From: Sphaeroforma arctica JP610
Lineage: Eukaryota
NCBI RefSeq assembly: GCF_001186125.1
Contig: NW_014039935.1
Coordinates: forward strand, 12,986 to 48,047
Direction: 5' to 3'
DNA length: 35,062 bases
Shown here: positions 12,435 through 24,900 of the stretch, piece after piece
How positions within the stretch are numbered: position 1 is the first letter of the stretch
How the letters are laid out: each line of letters starts with the position of its first letter
The notes under the pieces: model-generated
Told to the model about the DNA's origin: nothing
The model's input: only the letters and a program-made list of their open reading frames with translations
The model's database searches: none
Position numbers and translations under genes: made by a program

Positions 12435-14002
12435 TATGGTATCGTGTAATTTCTTTTAATATAAAAAACATTTTGAAAAAAAAACTTTTCTATTGCACTT
12501 GCTCTATATTTAAATATTTATTTACATTTAGATATCATATTGTTTGTTTTTATAGCAGATACTCCCGGAAGGATTGTAACAGAGGTAAAACTCTGAGACT
12601 AATTATGGGATTTTTCCGATCTGAGGGTTCTTCACCACAACTCTAGATATGAAGGACTGATAGACATATACGCACAGGCGTATAGCCGCCAAAGTGTATA
12701 TATACGCGTAGCTATAATCATTCCTACACCAGAATTAGCCACAACCGTTAGCCTGATTCAATTTGTATTCACCAGTGCCTCTAAGAAAACCCACCCACTC
12801 ACACCATTACTTTAGATATACTAAATTCCCATCTCACTTAATTCCAATACGATATAACATCGACGGGCATCAGCGTCGCCGAACAGCCCTAGTGTTATGT
12901 CCGGCTGCGCCGTTCTGTCTGGCTCCGCTGATAGTGTCTCCGACACTCTCAGGTCTAACAGTTCAGCAAAGCCAACGGTCTAAGTTTTATTTCTAAATAA
13001 ATTCATATTTACTATTATGTTGTATGTTTTGAGATATAATTTATATTTGCCAAAAACTACTGTACTAACGGGGATAGGGCAACATCATACAGGACAAAAT
13101 TACTTCAATCAACTAATCATCGTTTCCTTTTTAAACTACTTCTTGCAGACTGTACTTTCAAGGTAATGAAGCACTACACTGACGGACTGGGAGTCTCGCG
13201 AGTCTGCTTATATGCTAGGGGACAAGGGATTAGCATCACGAAGCACCTGCAACATGCCAGCTTCATGTGTATATCCAACGGGGAGACATATGCATCTAGA
13301 AGGTATATTTATATATGGTATCAAAAATGTACGCCAATAGGGTAAGGAGATGCGTAAAACGCGCGTGTTGTTTCCCGGGACATTGCGTATGCAGAGCCTG
13401 GTCTTCGGGGCCAGCTGCACCTGGCTATTGATAGATCTGGTATTTAAAATACAAGACCTAATTAATCTACCAAATGCGGAAAACTTTATCAGATAAAGCA
13501 TACAGCAGGAAAACCTCAGTTTCAATAAATCAAACCCCGACCTGATATATATATATAATATAGTATAATATATATATAATGTCGGAAACATAATTAATTG
13601 ACACAGCACATCAGTAACGCAGTCTTTGCACCAAGCCATCAAGATTTTCCCACCACATTACGGCGTCTTTCTGTCTATTTCTTTCCAGAAGCAATGTAAT
13701 AAAATTTCAAATTTTGGGGATAGTGTTTATTTTCATGTGCACCATTTGATATTTGCATACTTTGAACTGTAGTTCATTTCTATAACTTGTATAAGGGGGA
13801 TATGCTACTAATATAAAGTTGAAGCATATCATATTGATTTCCTAATGGTGCATAGTATGGTGGAGCAATCTAACTAAATGTAATGGAATCTTCGGAATAA
13901 AGTTGGGGAGTTCCTGTCAAACCACTCACATATATATACGAGATACAACGGACGGTGCCTAAGGCCAACTCCCACCATATGTCTCAAACCTGCTTTCCAA
14001 TA

Positions 14003-15992
14003 TCAAACGTTGAATGCAGCCAGAAACTCCGCGGTGGAGTCGGTCTTGGGTCGCTCTGGTATGTGCAGTTGTCGGTGCGCCGCACTCTCTCCGAACGTCA
14101 GAGGGAAGCCCCAACCCCTCTCGACCAACAGCCTGTGCAAAGACAAACACTCCTCCAGTGCCATACCACCCTCTTCTGTAGAAGTACCAATACTATTAGC
14201 CGCCGCGGCTTTGCCCGATCCAGCAGCGGCTGATGACCCACCAGCCGCCTGTAAACTCGCGGTGGGGACAATAACGTTCTCGTTCGAGGTGTTGGTTACC
14301 ATGGCAATGAGATCCGCAACACTCGCCACCTTGGCCGGCACTTCGCCCATACTCAGCACCCGCACCTGTGCATTCGCGTCCCGGGCACCCCCCACAAACA
14401 CACTCAGTGCACGCCTGCACGAGGGTCGCTCAACCACCTTCAACTGGGTGGGCAAGTTCAGTGTCAGCGGAGGCTGAGACTGAGGAGGCTCTGCCTGTGT
14501 GTCAGGTTGAGGCTCGACTTGAGTGCCATTGGCTGCGTCAAGGGGCGCATGCGGCTGTGTGTCGGTTGGTGCGGTGAGTGGTTCGTGTGATGTTGCCAGA
14601 GTGTGGTCTGGGTCGTGTTCGAGTGGGGCGGTGAGTGGTTGGTGGAGTGATTCTACCGGCGCGTCCTGTGGCTGTGATTGAGTGTCTTCTACCGGCTTGT
14701 CCATTGTCTGTGCAGGTGGTTGCGAATGCTCCTGTGCCTGACCCACGAGTGGGCCCTCGCCCGCATCGGTCTGGTCTGTGCTACTGGTGTGGTTGTATTC
14801 ATGCGCACTGACATCCATGTGCGCTTCTTCCACATGGGGTTGGTCCACAGTACCACCGTTCGCGTTCTCCGAGTCCGCCTTGTTCACGTATATCTCGGGG
14901 CTCGTGGTGATGCCCGTGGGGTCTGTATCATTCGGGTGTGGCAGCGTGTGCGGGTACTGACCGACAGTCCCGCCCTCGCCCGACTCCATACCTCCCTCCA
15001 CAGTTACAGTAGGTGTGCCTTGCACATCTAAACCGTGAGGGTGTATCGCACTCTCCCCGCTACTGCCGTCTCCGTTCTGCAGCACCGCGAACGGCGCCAC
15101 CCCCACATCCAGGTGCCTCGTATCGAACGCCATCCCGGTTTCACCCGTCATCATTCCGTTGTCTCCCGCATGCATTTCACCTTCACCGGCCGTCATCCCG
15201 TTTTCCCCAATATCCATCCCGTTTTCCACGATATTCAGCGCATTGCCCCCCATGTTCACGTCGCTCTCGCCTGGGTGTATCCCGTTTTCAACGGGTGCAA
15301 CGGTTTCTGGGGCGGCTTCGGAGGCCGCAGGCATGGTATGCTCGTGCTGGGGGTCCTGCACATCTTCGTCCACCTTCTTACCCTCACTCGCACCCAACGC
15401 ATCGTCCGCAGACACGTGGTACTCCGCCTCGGCGCCCGGAGCTATGACCAGGTCTGTGCTATTTATAGACACTTCCGTATTAGGCACAGGACCCTCGGGC
15501 AGGGACAAGGACATGGGTTCCTCTATCGCCACAGTCACCTTCAAGGGCTCCGGCTTGGCAGGTACAGACGGTAGCCTATCAAGCACCACAAAGTCCAGTT
15601 GCTCACCCAACTTGCCCAGAAGCGATGCGAGCGCACTCTCCGCCTGTGACTGCGCCTCGGCCGCCGCAATACGTCCGTGGGCTGCCGCGTCTGAATCCGT
15701 ACCCATCCCGATATCCATACTCTGCTGCTGGTTTATCGCATCATCACCTGAGTCTGGCACGTATGCTGACGAGGGTGCGCCTACGGCATCGGCCGGCCCT
15801 ACACGGTCGTTCTCTTGTCCTGGACCTGGACCTTCTTTTGGGGCCTCCAGGTGCTCGAGGATATTGTATGGGATGAGTATGAGGCCTTGCTTACGCGTAT
15901 CTAAGCTCACAGATGCGAGCTCCTCAATGGTCGACGGAGTCTTCACTTCAAACCACGCCGGGAACGTTTGTTCTGCATACTCGGCCCATTCA
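14003..15992 (-). CDS. Gene 1 terminal exon 15 (rest of SNF2-like lobe with long acidic/Pro/Gln inserts)
   Basis: Contains the 647-aa ORF. Acceptor CACACAG|T (phase 2), TGA stop at 14005-14003. Confidence 0.9.
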
Positions 15993-18900
15993 CTGTGTGT
16001 GGAATAGTAGAGAGGATGGGGATTCAGGGGTTAGGGGTTATGCTTGCGTGGATGTGCGTATGAAATACAAGCAGAAGGTAACTGTACAGTTGAATGCACG
16101 ATAAGATCATCGGAAATGTACCACAGAATCCTCGCCAAAATGAGTACAAATATATGATATGCAAGTATGCACTAAACTATAATGACATGTGTATAAATGG
16201 AAGGTTCTATCTGAGGATACACATACATGCCACATCATCGACAAGCCTATACTCAACGACATTCCTTCAGATACACATATAACCTACCCAACCGTAGCAT
16301 CCGGACAGAACACCACCGACACAGACGCACGCGTCTGATGCATGGCCAACAGGGCTGTAAGCGGACTACACGCATCGCCATGCTGCACTTTGCTAGCGCC
16401 GCTCTCCACAGCCTTGTCGTCCGTGTTCTTATCCGCATTCACATCATTCGCATCTTGGGCGCGTATGTCCGCGCCTATCTCCCCGCTCACGTCTACGGGG
16501 TTGTCCTGGCTACCACCCGTCCCGCTTTCGGTCCCGGAATCCGTCTCAGAGCGCCACAGACAGAGTCCACCGGCATCCACCACCCGCTTCGATAGCTCAT
16601 CGGCGTACAGGCACTGCACAAGAGTGGGTAGCGTGTACACCTTCTCGTCCGTATCCTCCTCGTCCACACACATGTTAATAGACGGAAGGGTGTTGCCGTT
16701 CAGGGCGTCGCCTGTATCGGGGTCGTTGGGGTTGGCCTGTGCCTGTGCGTCTGGTTTGCCCTTGTCCGTGTCTTGTGGGCGTCTGGTGTGGTAGTTGTAC
16801 CGAGACGGTACATTGCTGCGCGAGTTGAGCGCCGCGCTATACTGCGCGTTGAACTCAAAGGTCAGCTGGTTGTTGTGTTGCTTCAGAGTACCGAACTGTT
16901 TGATGATGAGGTGCGCCAATCCGTTGGCGTCCTCGATCTCATCACCGGCGGTCTCATTGGTCGCCGGGTTCGCATCATCGGTGTTCCCTACAATCTGATT
17001 GGCGCTCACACTCACGTCCTCCATATCCATATTCAGGCTTAGATTACTGCTGTGTGCGGTATCCGCAGTTGCGTTTGGCACAAACGCACTCTGATCCGAC
17101 TCACCCACCGCAGCGTCATTGATATCGGTGTTCAAACTGATCTCGGAGGGTTCTGTAAGTCCGGCCAAGGTAGCTGGAGGCTTGGATGCGGGTTTCTTGA
17201 TCTTGGAGCCCGCCACCACCTAATCGGGGAGAAATGACAGGGGTTAACATGGCTAATATATATATATATAATACTCAAGTATAGAATAGAAGACATTCTA
17301 TATGTAATACACCAGATGAAGTATCGTATCATGGTTGTTCTATAACACAGCATGGCCAGCCTAGTGCATATCTATAGTATAGACACCTCAGAGCCATGGA
17401 GCACATATAATTCATAAGCAGACTGCTAAGAATCACGCACACACTCACGAAATATAAGACAAACCCCACACACCCCTTACAATAAACCACAAATACACAA
17501 TACTTAAACCAAATAAGTCATTACACACACGGACAAAAAGCACCGCCTATACCCGACACAGTACACACAGCGATAAACCACTAACACACACATACAACAT
17601 AAGCATACCATCAAACATCAGAAAGACACCTGCACATGCACAAATCATAAACCATTTAAACACACCAGTACATACACAAACCATACAACATTCAAACACA
17701 CCCGCACATACACAAAACCATCAAACATCACAACACACCTGTGCCCACAGGCGCTGCAGGCCACAGCGCACGAAGAAGTCCGCGTACCGCTTGTCAAACC
17801 AGGGCGTCGCAGTAGCGTTGTGATACATCTCCAGCGCCTTGATCACCTGTACGTCCCCATGGCACGTGCACGTGAGAGGGTGTGCATGGTTAGTCGCAGC
17901 AGAGAGTGCCGGCGAGTGAGCGTGTTTGGGTGCCAGTGGCTACGACTGAGTAGACCACTTGGGTTCACGTAGAATCGTGTATATACGATTGTAAGCACAG
18001 TATCAGTAGTTGAGACGGATGGTGTGTGTGTTTGGGTGCCAGTGCATTGCGTGAATTGAGACGGATGACGGGTATTTCCGATCTTCAGGTGTATGTGTAT
18101 GTGTGTATGAGCGCGTGGTTAGAAGTGTGGATGAAATTAACAAAGGGCGTATGATTCTCATGTGTATGCGACAGCCCACTTGCACGTGGTGGGTTGTAAC
18201 GAATTGGGCGATAGAGTATGACCCCTATCGAACAAGCCGAGCCAGGGCAGACCATAGTCCTGCAATGTCTGAGAGAGTGTGGGTAAAGGGTGTCTGGACT
18301 GAGGAAACACCTATCATAGGTACGGCAGAGTCTGAGTAAAGACGTCAGTATAGTAAGTGCGTGTAGGGTATATGAAACGTAGAGGGAAGCGAAGACCAAT
18401 GCTGCACTGACTCACAGACTTGGATTACAAAGCCGCAGTAGGACATAGAGGCAAACATACAAGCAATCACCCCAAGATGACCGGAAAGATTAACGTATAC
18501 TGGGCTGAAGCACCCCCACACAGAACGTAAATGATATAAATCTAGATTAAATTCTGCAAATCCAGACGTTTGTGAATGTATATACACTGGGGATTGCACA
18601 AACTACAACTTACCGCGTCGAAGATGTCCTTCTCCGCAGGCACCCCAAAGATCTCAAACGTGCCCACGCGTCCAACCAGAACGCGTTTATTTTTATCCAC
18701 ATCTCCGAGCTCCGTCACATCGCCAGCCGGTTCATTCGCACCCGCCCTGGCATTGGTCTCCACATCGCTTGCCTTGGGTGCTGCGCCTGCCTTCGCGGCC
18801 TTCTCCCTCTCAACTCGCTTCTCCTTTTCGGCACGCAGCACTTGCTCGATCACGGTGGGCGGGGGGTCCCAACCGACAAACACACGCAGCTCTTCATACG

Positions 18901-21900
18901 AGTATGTGCGAATGGTTTTGAGTAGGACCTGTAGGTAGATGAGATATGGATATTGGTAGGTAGGTAGCTGGTTAGAAGACTACATATCCTGTAAGCGCAT
19001 GAGCATGTATGTATATGCATGCGCGCACATCTATGCATAGGTGCAAATATGTCCACCGAAGTAGAATCAGAGTTCACGCCGATGCTGTGAAGATATTATT
19101 GATAGTTCACGACGTCCAACCACAGTCGACAGCGCTCCGTTTGTGACAGTCCTTTCCCACATCACCCCCAGACACAAACAGTAAACAAGTCACAGTCACA
19201 TACCACTACACGTGCGTAGCTACTGATATATGGCCCCTCCCACCAAGCTCGCCTCATTGAACGTACGAGAAACACTAAACAAGTCACAGTCACATATCAC
19301 TATGCGTGCGTAGCTACTGCTGTATGGTCCCTCACACCAAGCTCACCTCATTGAACGTACGAGAAACACTAAACAAGTCACAGTCACATATCACTACGCG
19401 TGCGTAGCTACTGATGTATGGCCCCTCCCACCAAGCTCACCTCGTTGAAACGTACGATAAACATTAAACAAGTCACAGTCACATATCACTACGCGTGCGT
19501 AGCTACTGATGTATGGCCCCTCCCACCAAGCTCACCTCGTTGAACGTACGATAAACATTAAACAAGTCACAGTCACATATCACTACGCGTGCGTAGCTAC
19601 TGATGTATGGCCCCTCCCACCAAGCTCACCTCGTTGAACGTACGNNNNNNNNNNNNNNNNNNNNACGTAGCTACTGATATATGGCCCCCCCCACCAAGCT
19701 CACCTCATTGAACGTACGGGAGCGTGGATGTGCAGCCGAGTACATATTAAACACGGTGTGCAGCTCCGTCAGTGAATAGTCATTCAGTAGCAACCCACTC
19801 GCACTCGCCGTGTCACGTGACCCCAACAGCGCCGCCACACAGCGACGTACACCGTCCATTCCATCGGCAACACGCGGGCGGACGGCCGCCCCCCGCAGCT
19901 GCCCATATGAGGCAGGCTGCGGATGCCCATATAAGGGAATCTGCGCGGGCAGCATGCCCGTGCCGACACTCGGCGCATCGGTTGGTCCGAGCTCGTCCAT
20001 GGTAGGTAGCATGGTGCTCCCGTCTCCGGGCAGCAGCTCCACCTGCGGCTTTGCCTTGAGCCCCAGGGCCTTACACTTGGTACAACCGCTGCGTTGCTTG
20101 CGCTCGGCAATGAACACGTGCGAGATGTCTGTGGTGCAGCCGAATAACACCTTGCGTTTGGCGGGGAGTGCCTTGAACTGATCGGCGTTGGCTATACGCA
20201 CCACGCCTGTGTGTACAGAGGAGGGTGTTATAGGAAGAGTGAGTGGGGTTTTATCAGGTGAGTGAGTGTGATGCAATAACAGAGAATGGGTCACGGGAAG
20301 AGTGAGTGTGGTTTAGTATCAGGTGAGTGAGTGTGGTTTAGTATCAGGTGAGTGAGTGTGGCGCAGTATCAGACAGTGTGTATCGGGAGCCATGTACTAT
20401 ACCAACACAAATGGCTATCCACCGCAACAGAGTGTGCCGGGAGTGCCCTAGAGTGCGTCTAACCGCAAGCCAAGCCAAGCCCTCCCTAAGCATACTCTAC
20501 ACCGCCAAAGCCACAGAAACCAAACACCCAGCCGTGTCACCGTGCACACACTCACCATTGGTACTCTCCATGATAAGCCTCTCCAGATTACGCACCACCT
20601 CGTCTCGGTGTAGGTTGGGTGGGGCGAACATGTCCTCGTCCGCGTTTCGGCCGGGCAGCAGGTACATGGGCTGCACAGTGCAGTTAGCGCAGCCATTGAC
20701 CCCACAGAAACGGCAGCCGCACGCCACGGTGCAGTACCCGGGTTGGATGACCTGGCGAGAGTGTGTGTAGGTAAGAGAGTGGGAGTGAGAGAGTGTGTGG
20801 GGAAGTGTGGACAGGACGTCCCGGCCCGTGAAGTTCGGAACATACACGGCAGATTGAACTGATTTGCACCATTCTTCTACGTATATACATGTGCATAATA
20901 TATATGGCCTTACAAACCCAAACCCAAGCACAGACGCACACATACCAGGCGTATTTGTGAGGTAGTATACATGTACATAATATATGGTCTTACAAACCCA
21001 AACCCAAGCACATACGCACCCACGCCCGCTCACACACATACCAGGCGTATTAGTGAGGTAGTATACATGTACATAATATATGGTCTTACAAACCCAAACC
21101 CACCCACACCCGCTCGCACACATACCAGATGTATCTGTGAGGTACTGCCACTGGTTATCATCAGCGGCTCGGCAGTGCCCAGGCCTTGGCTGGAGTTCTT
21201 GGAGCGTTGCTTGAGATCGGCGATTTCTCGGTTCATCGTACACTGGGTGCAGCCTTTCTTCTGCTTGCGCTCGGCTATGAAGAAGTGCTTGAGATCGGCC
21301 GTACACCCGTACACCACCTTGCGTTTCTCGGAGAGCTTCTCGAATTGCTCCACGGTGCGTATGCGCTTGCACTTCTCGCCGGCTGGAGAGGATAGGGGCG
21401 GTCGAGTGCGCCGAGATGGGGGTGAGTGTGGCAGGTAAGACACTTGGAGAGTCTCTTGAGGAGTACGGGGATTAAACTTTAGAAGGACGTGTGCGTAGAT
21501 AGGAGGGTTGACATATGGTTGGGTGTCTTGAACAGTTATGTGTATAGATGTTTCTCGGAAGTCACGAGACGTATACATGAATACGTACACACGGGTGTAA
21601 TGTCTTTTGCAAATAGACCGAGCTCTCCCACTTGGGCCATATTTAGGTATGTCTCATTATATGTGTCACTATACAAACCTTCACTGTGAGTGGCAGTGGT
21701 AGTGGTGATGATGTACGTGCGGTGGTATTCACATAGCTATTTATGGATCTCTTTCACACCACACACACCCATCTCTAGACTGTCCAGGTAGGCCACAGCG
21801 GCAGCCTTAGTGGTGACGTGCGCAGGGATAGTGGGCACATGGGACAGATTGCGCCCCGCCAGTTCAAACATGGGCTGCACAACGCACCTGGTATTGACAA

Positions 21901-24900
21901 AAGAAAGCCGAATCTATAAATAGAATGTCACAGGGCTTGATACTTGCGGCGGATATAAAGTACATTTTGAAGGGCCAAATATAGAGATACAATCGACTCC
22001 GCAAGGTTTAAATAAGGAAAACAAATGCCATGCCGGTTTGTCCCTACATATGCACACACCTTTATGCGTACAGACATATTATATGTACACCTATCATACA
22101 CACACACACATACCTCTTAAATCGTACAGACATATATATGAATACACCCTTTTCATATCAACACATGTACACACATACCTCTTTTAAATCGGACAGATAT
22201 ATATATATATATGAACACGCTCTTTTACATACCAACACATGCACACACAAACATCTTTCTCTTAAATCGTACAAACATATATACACACACACTCTTATAC
22301 ATACCAACAAATGCACACACACACACACACATCTCTGCGTGCAGACATGTATATGCACACCTATCACATTCGTCCTCACAGTGTCGGCAGGGTTTCTTGA
22401 CGCTGATGTAGTTGAGGTCGCGCGTGGGTTTGTGCTCCGAGGCCATTTGGTTGTTGTCCATATCGTTGTTGGGTGTGTCATTCAGATGTCTGCATTGGCG
22501 GCACCCCAGTTTCTGTTTACGTTCGGCGATGAACATGTGGTCCACATTGCGGATGCACCTGATGCATAATATTTTTGGGTGGTGGATCAGGACAAAATTC
22601 CGAGCTTGTCTTTTGTTTTGACTGTAATTCCTATGCCGACGAACAATGTGCACTGGATTAAGCGTGGCTAAACACACATACACACACTTATATATATATA
22701 GATAGATATAGATATGTACATATACTTTACTCACATGTATGCATCGAACAACATCGACATGTACAGTCAGATATATAGCAAGTCACACACACACACACAC
22801 TTACACACATACGCAGGTGTATACATAAGACAATACCCATGCACGCAGGTGTATATATACAAATCACCCACAGCCACCCACACGCACAGATGCGTGCAAT
22901 ACACGCACTCACCCATAGACCAGCTTGCGCTTGGCATAGAGCTGCTCGTAGTGACTCACGGAGCGTATGCGCACCACCCCGGGATGCTTCAGGCCCTCAA
23001 TATGGGACACAAAGTCCTTTCTGGTGCTGAGGGTGGGGGGTAGGAACTCGTCTGGGTCAACCAACCGGCCGGGGAGGTCATACATGGGCTGGATAGCACA
23101 GGATGCACACCCTTCATTGTTACACTTGCGACAGCCTTTCATCACTGCGGAGGTGAGTGGGTGTGGGTGAGGCATGGGCTGAGTGAGATAAACAGAGCCG
23201 AGAGGGTAGAGTATGCACACCCTTCATTGCTACACTTGCGACAGCCTTTCANNNNNNNNNNNNNNNNNNNNNNNNNNNNNNNNNNNNNNNNNNNNNNNNN
23301 NNNNNNNNNNNNNNNNNNNNNNNNNNNNNNNNNNNNNNNNNNNNNNNNNNNNNNNNNNNNNNNNNNNNNNNNNNNNNNNNNNNNNNNNNNNNNNNNNNNN
23401 NNNNNNNNNNNNNNNNNNNNNNNNNNNNNNNNNNNNNNNNNNNNNNNNNNNNNNNNNNNNNNNNNNNNNNNNNNNNNNNNNNNNNNNNNNNNNNNNNNNN
23501 NNNNNNNNNNNNNNNNNNNNNNNNNNNNNNNNNNNNNNNNNNNNNNNNNNNNNNNNNNTCATCACTGCGGAGGTGAGTGGGTGTGGGTGAGGCATGGGCT
23601 GAGTGAGATAAACAGGGCCGAGAGAGTAATAAAGCATGCACACTCCTCATTGGTATACCTACGACAGTCTTTCCTCACTGCGTAAGTACACACCCCTACA
23701 AGACGCCCTACCTGTGACAAAATCGGCAAGACCATGGCCCTTGGCACCCGTCGCAGTAGGGCCCAGGGCGTTGGTGCTGGACCCGGAATTCACTATTCCC
23801 ATGGTAGACCCGGGTAGTGGTGCGGTGAGTCGATCGCCTGTTTGGTACGCGGACGGGTTTGTACTGGGAGAGGGTACTCCGGGTAAGGATGCCGAGTACG
23901 TATTGGTATAGTTGAGCTGAGTCCTGTAGGGATCTGGTACGAGGACGAGGAAAGGAATAGGAGTGTAAGGGATGATTTATATATATTATTCGTTGGGAGG
24001 GGGGGGGGGGGAAACAAACAAACAAACGCATTTATAAGGGTATACATGTAACGTAACAGTTTATTGCTTGTCATAGCAGGGGCGAGTTGATCGCTGGGAA
24101 AGGACACGGACAGGGGATTACGTAAAGTACGTATTCATATACGGACTTATTCAATCATACAGAGTTTGCTGACATCTGGGAAATACCTTGAACGTAAAAA
24201 CATGCGAACGCATCTGTGGTTTGTCATCTCCCATATCTGTTGCTAACTCGGATTGATTCGTCTGCAAGGACACCGTGGTGTGCAAACCTTTACGATGCTG
24301 TATGACTTGCAGCATGTGAGCTCATACACACACACACATATATATATACCCATACATACCCATACACACACACATATATACATCCCTTGACGCTAGCATC
24401 TGTAGCATTCCCATACCTGCTGCCTGGTCGTACTGATTGGCATACAAGGACACCATGGTGTTCGGGCTGGGTGTGGCATTGGCGTTGGGTGGCATGGTCA
24501 GGCTCACTTGCGACGGCACGGCAGTCAAGGGGAACTCTTTGGGGTCACCGGTCCTTTCTAGCAGACATTGAGGACAGCCCTTTTTCTGCTTCTTCTCGGC
24601 CACGAAGAAGTGGGGGATGGTGTTGAGACACATGTACAGTAACTTCTTCTTATCTACGAAGGTGGAAGAGAGAAGCGGGTGGTTAGGGTGTGGTATGTTT
24701 ATGCCACACGTGAATTGATACAGCTCTACAATTGCGTTGATGAAGATCGACTCCATCTGGCCCTCTCCCCTATTCTCTCGACGCATACAACTCACACATA
24801 GAGACCACGTACACATATGTGTATAGTTTATGTATACAAAGCAGACAAATATAAAAAAATCAATATAATATAATATAATATAATATATATACATGTACAT

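Noticed and set aside
16580..16610. YADELSKR as the SNF2 Walker A (ADEMGLGKT)
   Set aside because: It lacks the glycines and GKT and lies before the GG-hydrophobic strand; an active ATPase is not supported.
14010..17042. Long plus-strand ORFs (for example 15159-16007, 16342-16794)
   Set aside because: Antisense shadows of GC-rich exons 14-15, with no independent coding or splice signal.
24187..24261. 75-nt AG..GT-bounded open segment in intron 4 as a cassette exon
   Set aside because: It is open in phase 0, but the flanking exons need phase 1, where it contains a TGA.
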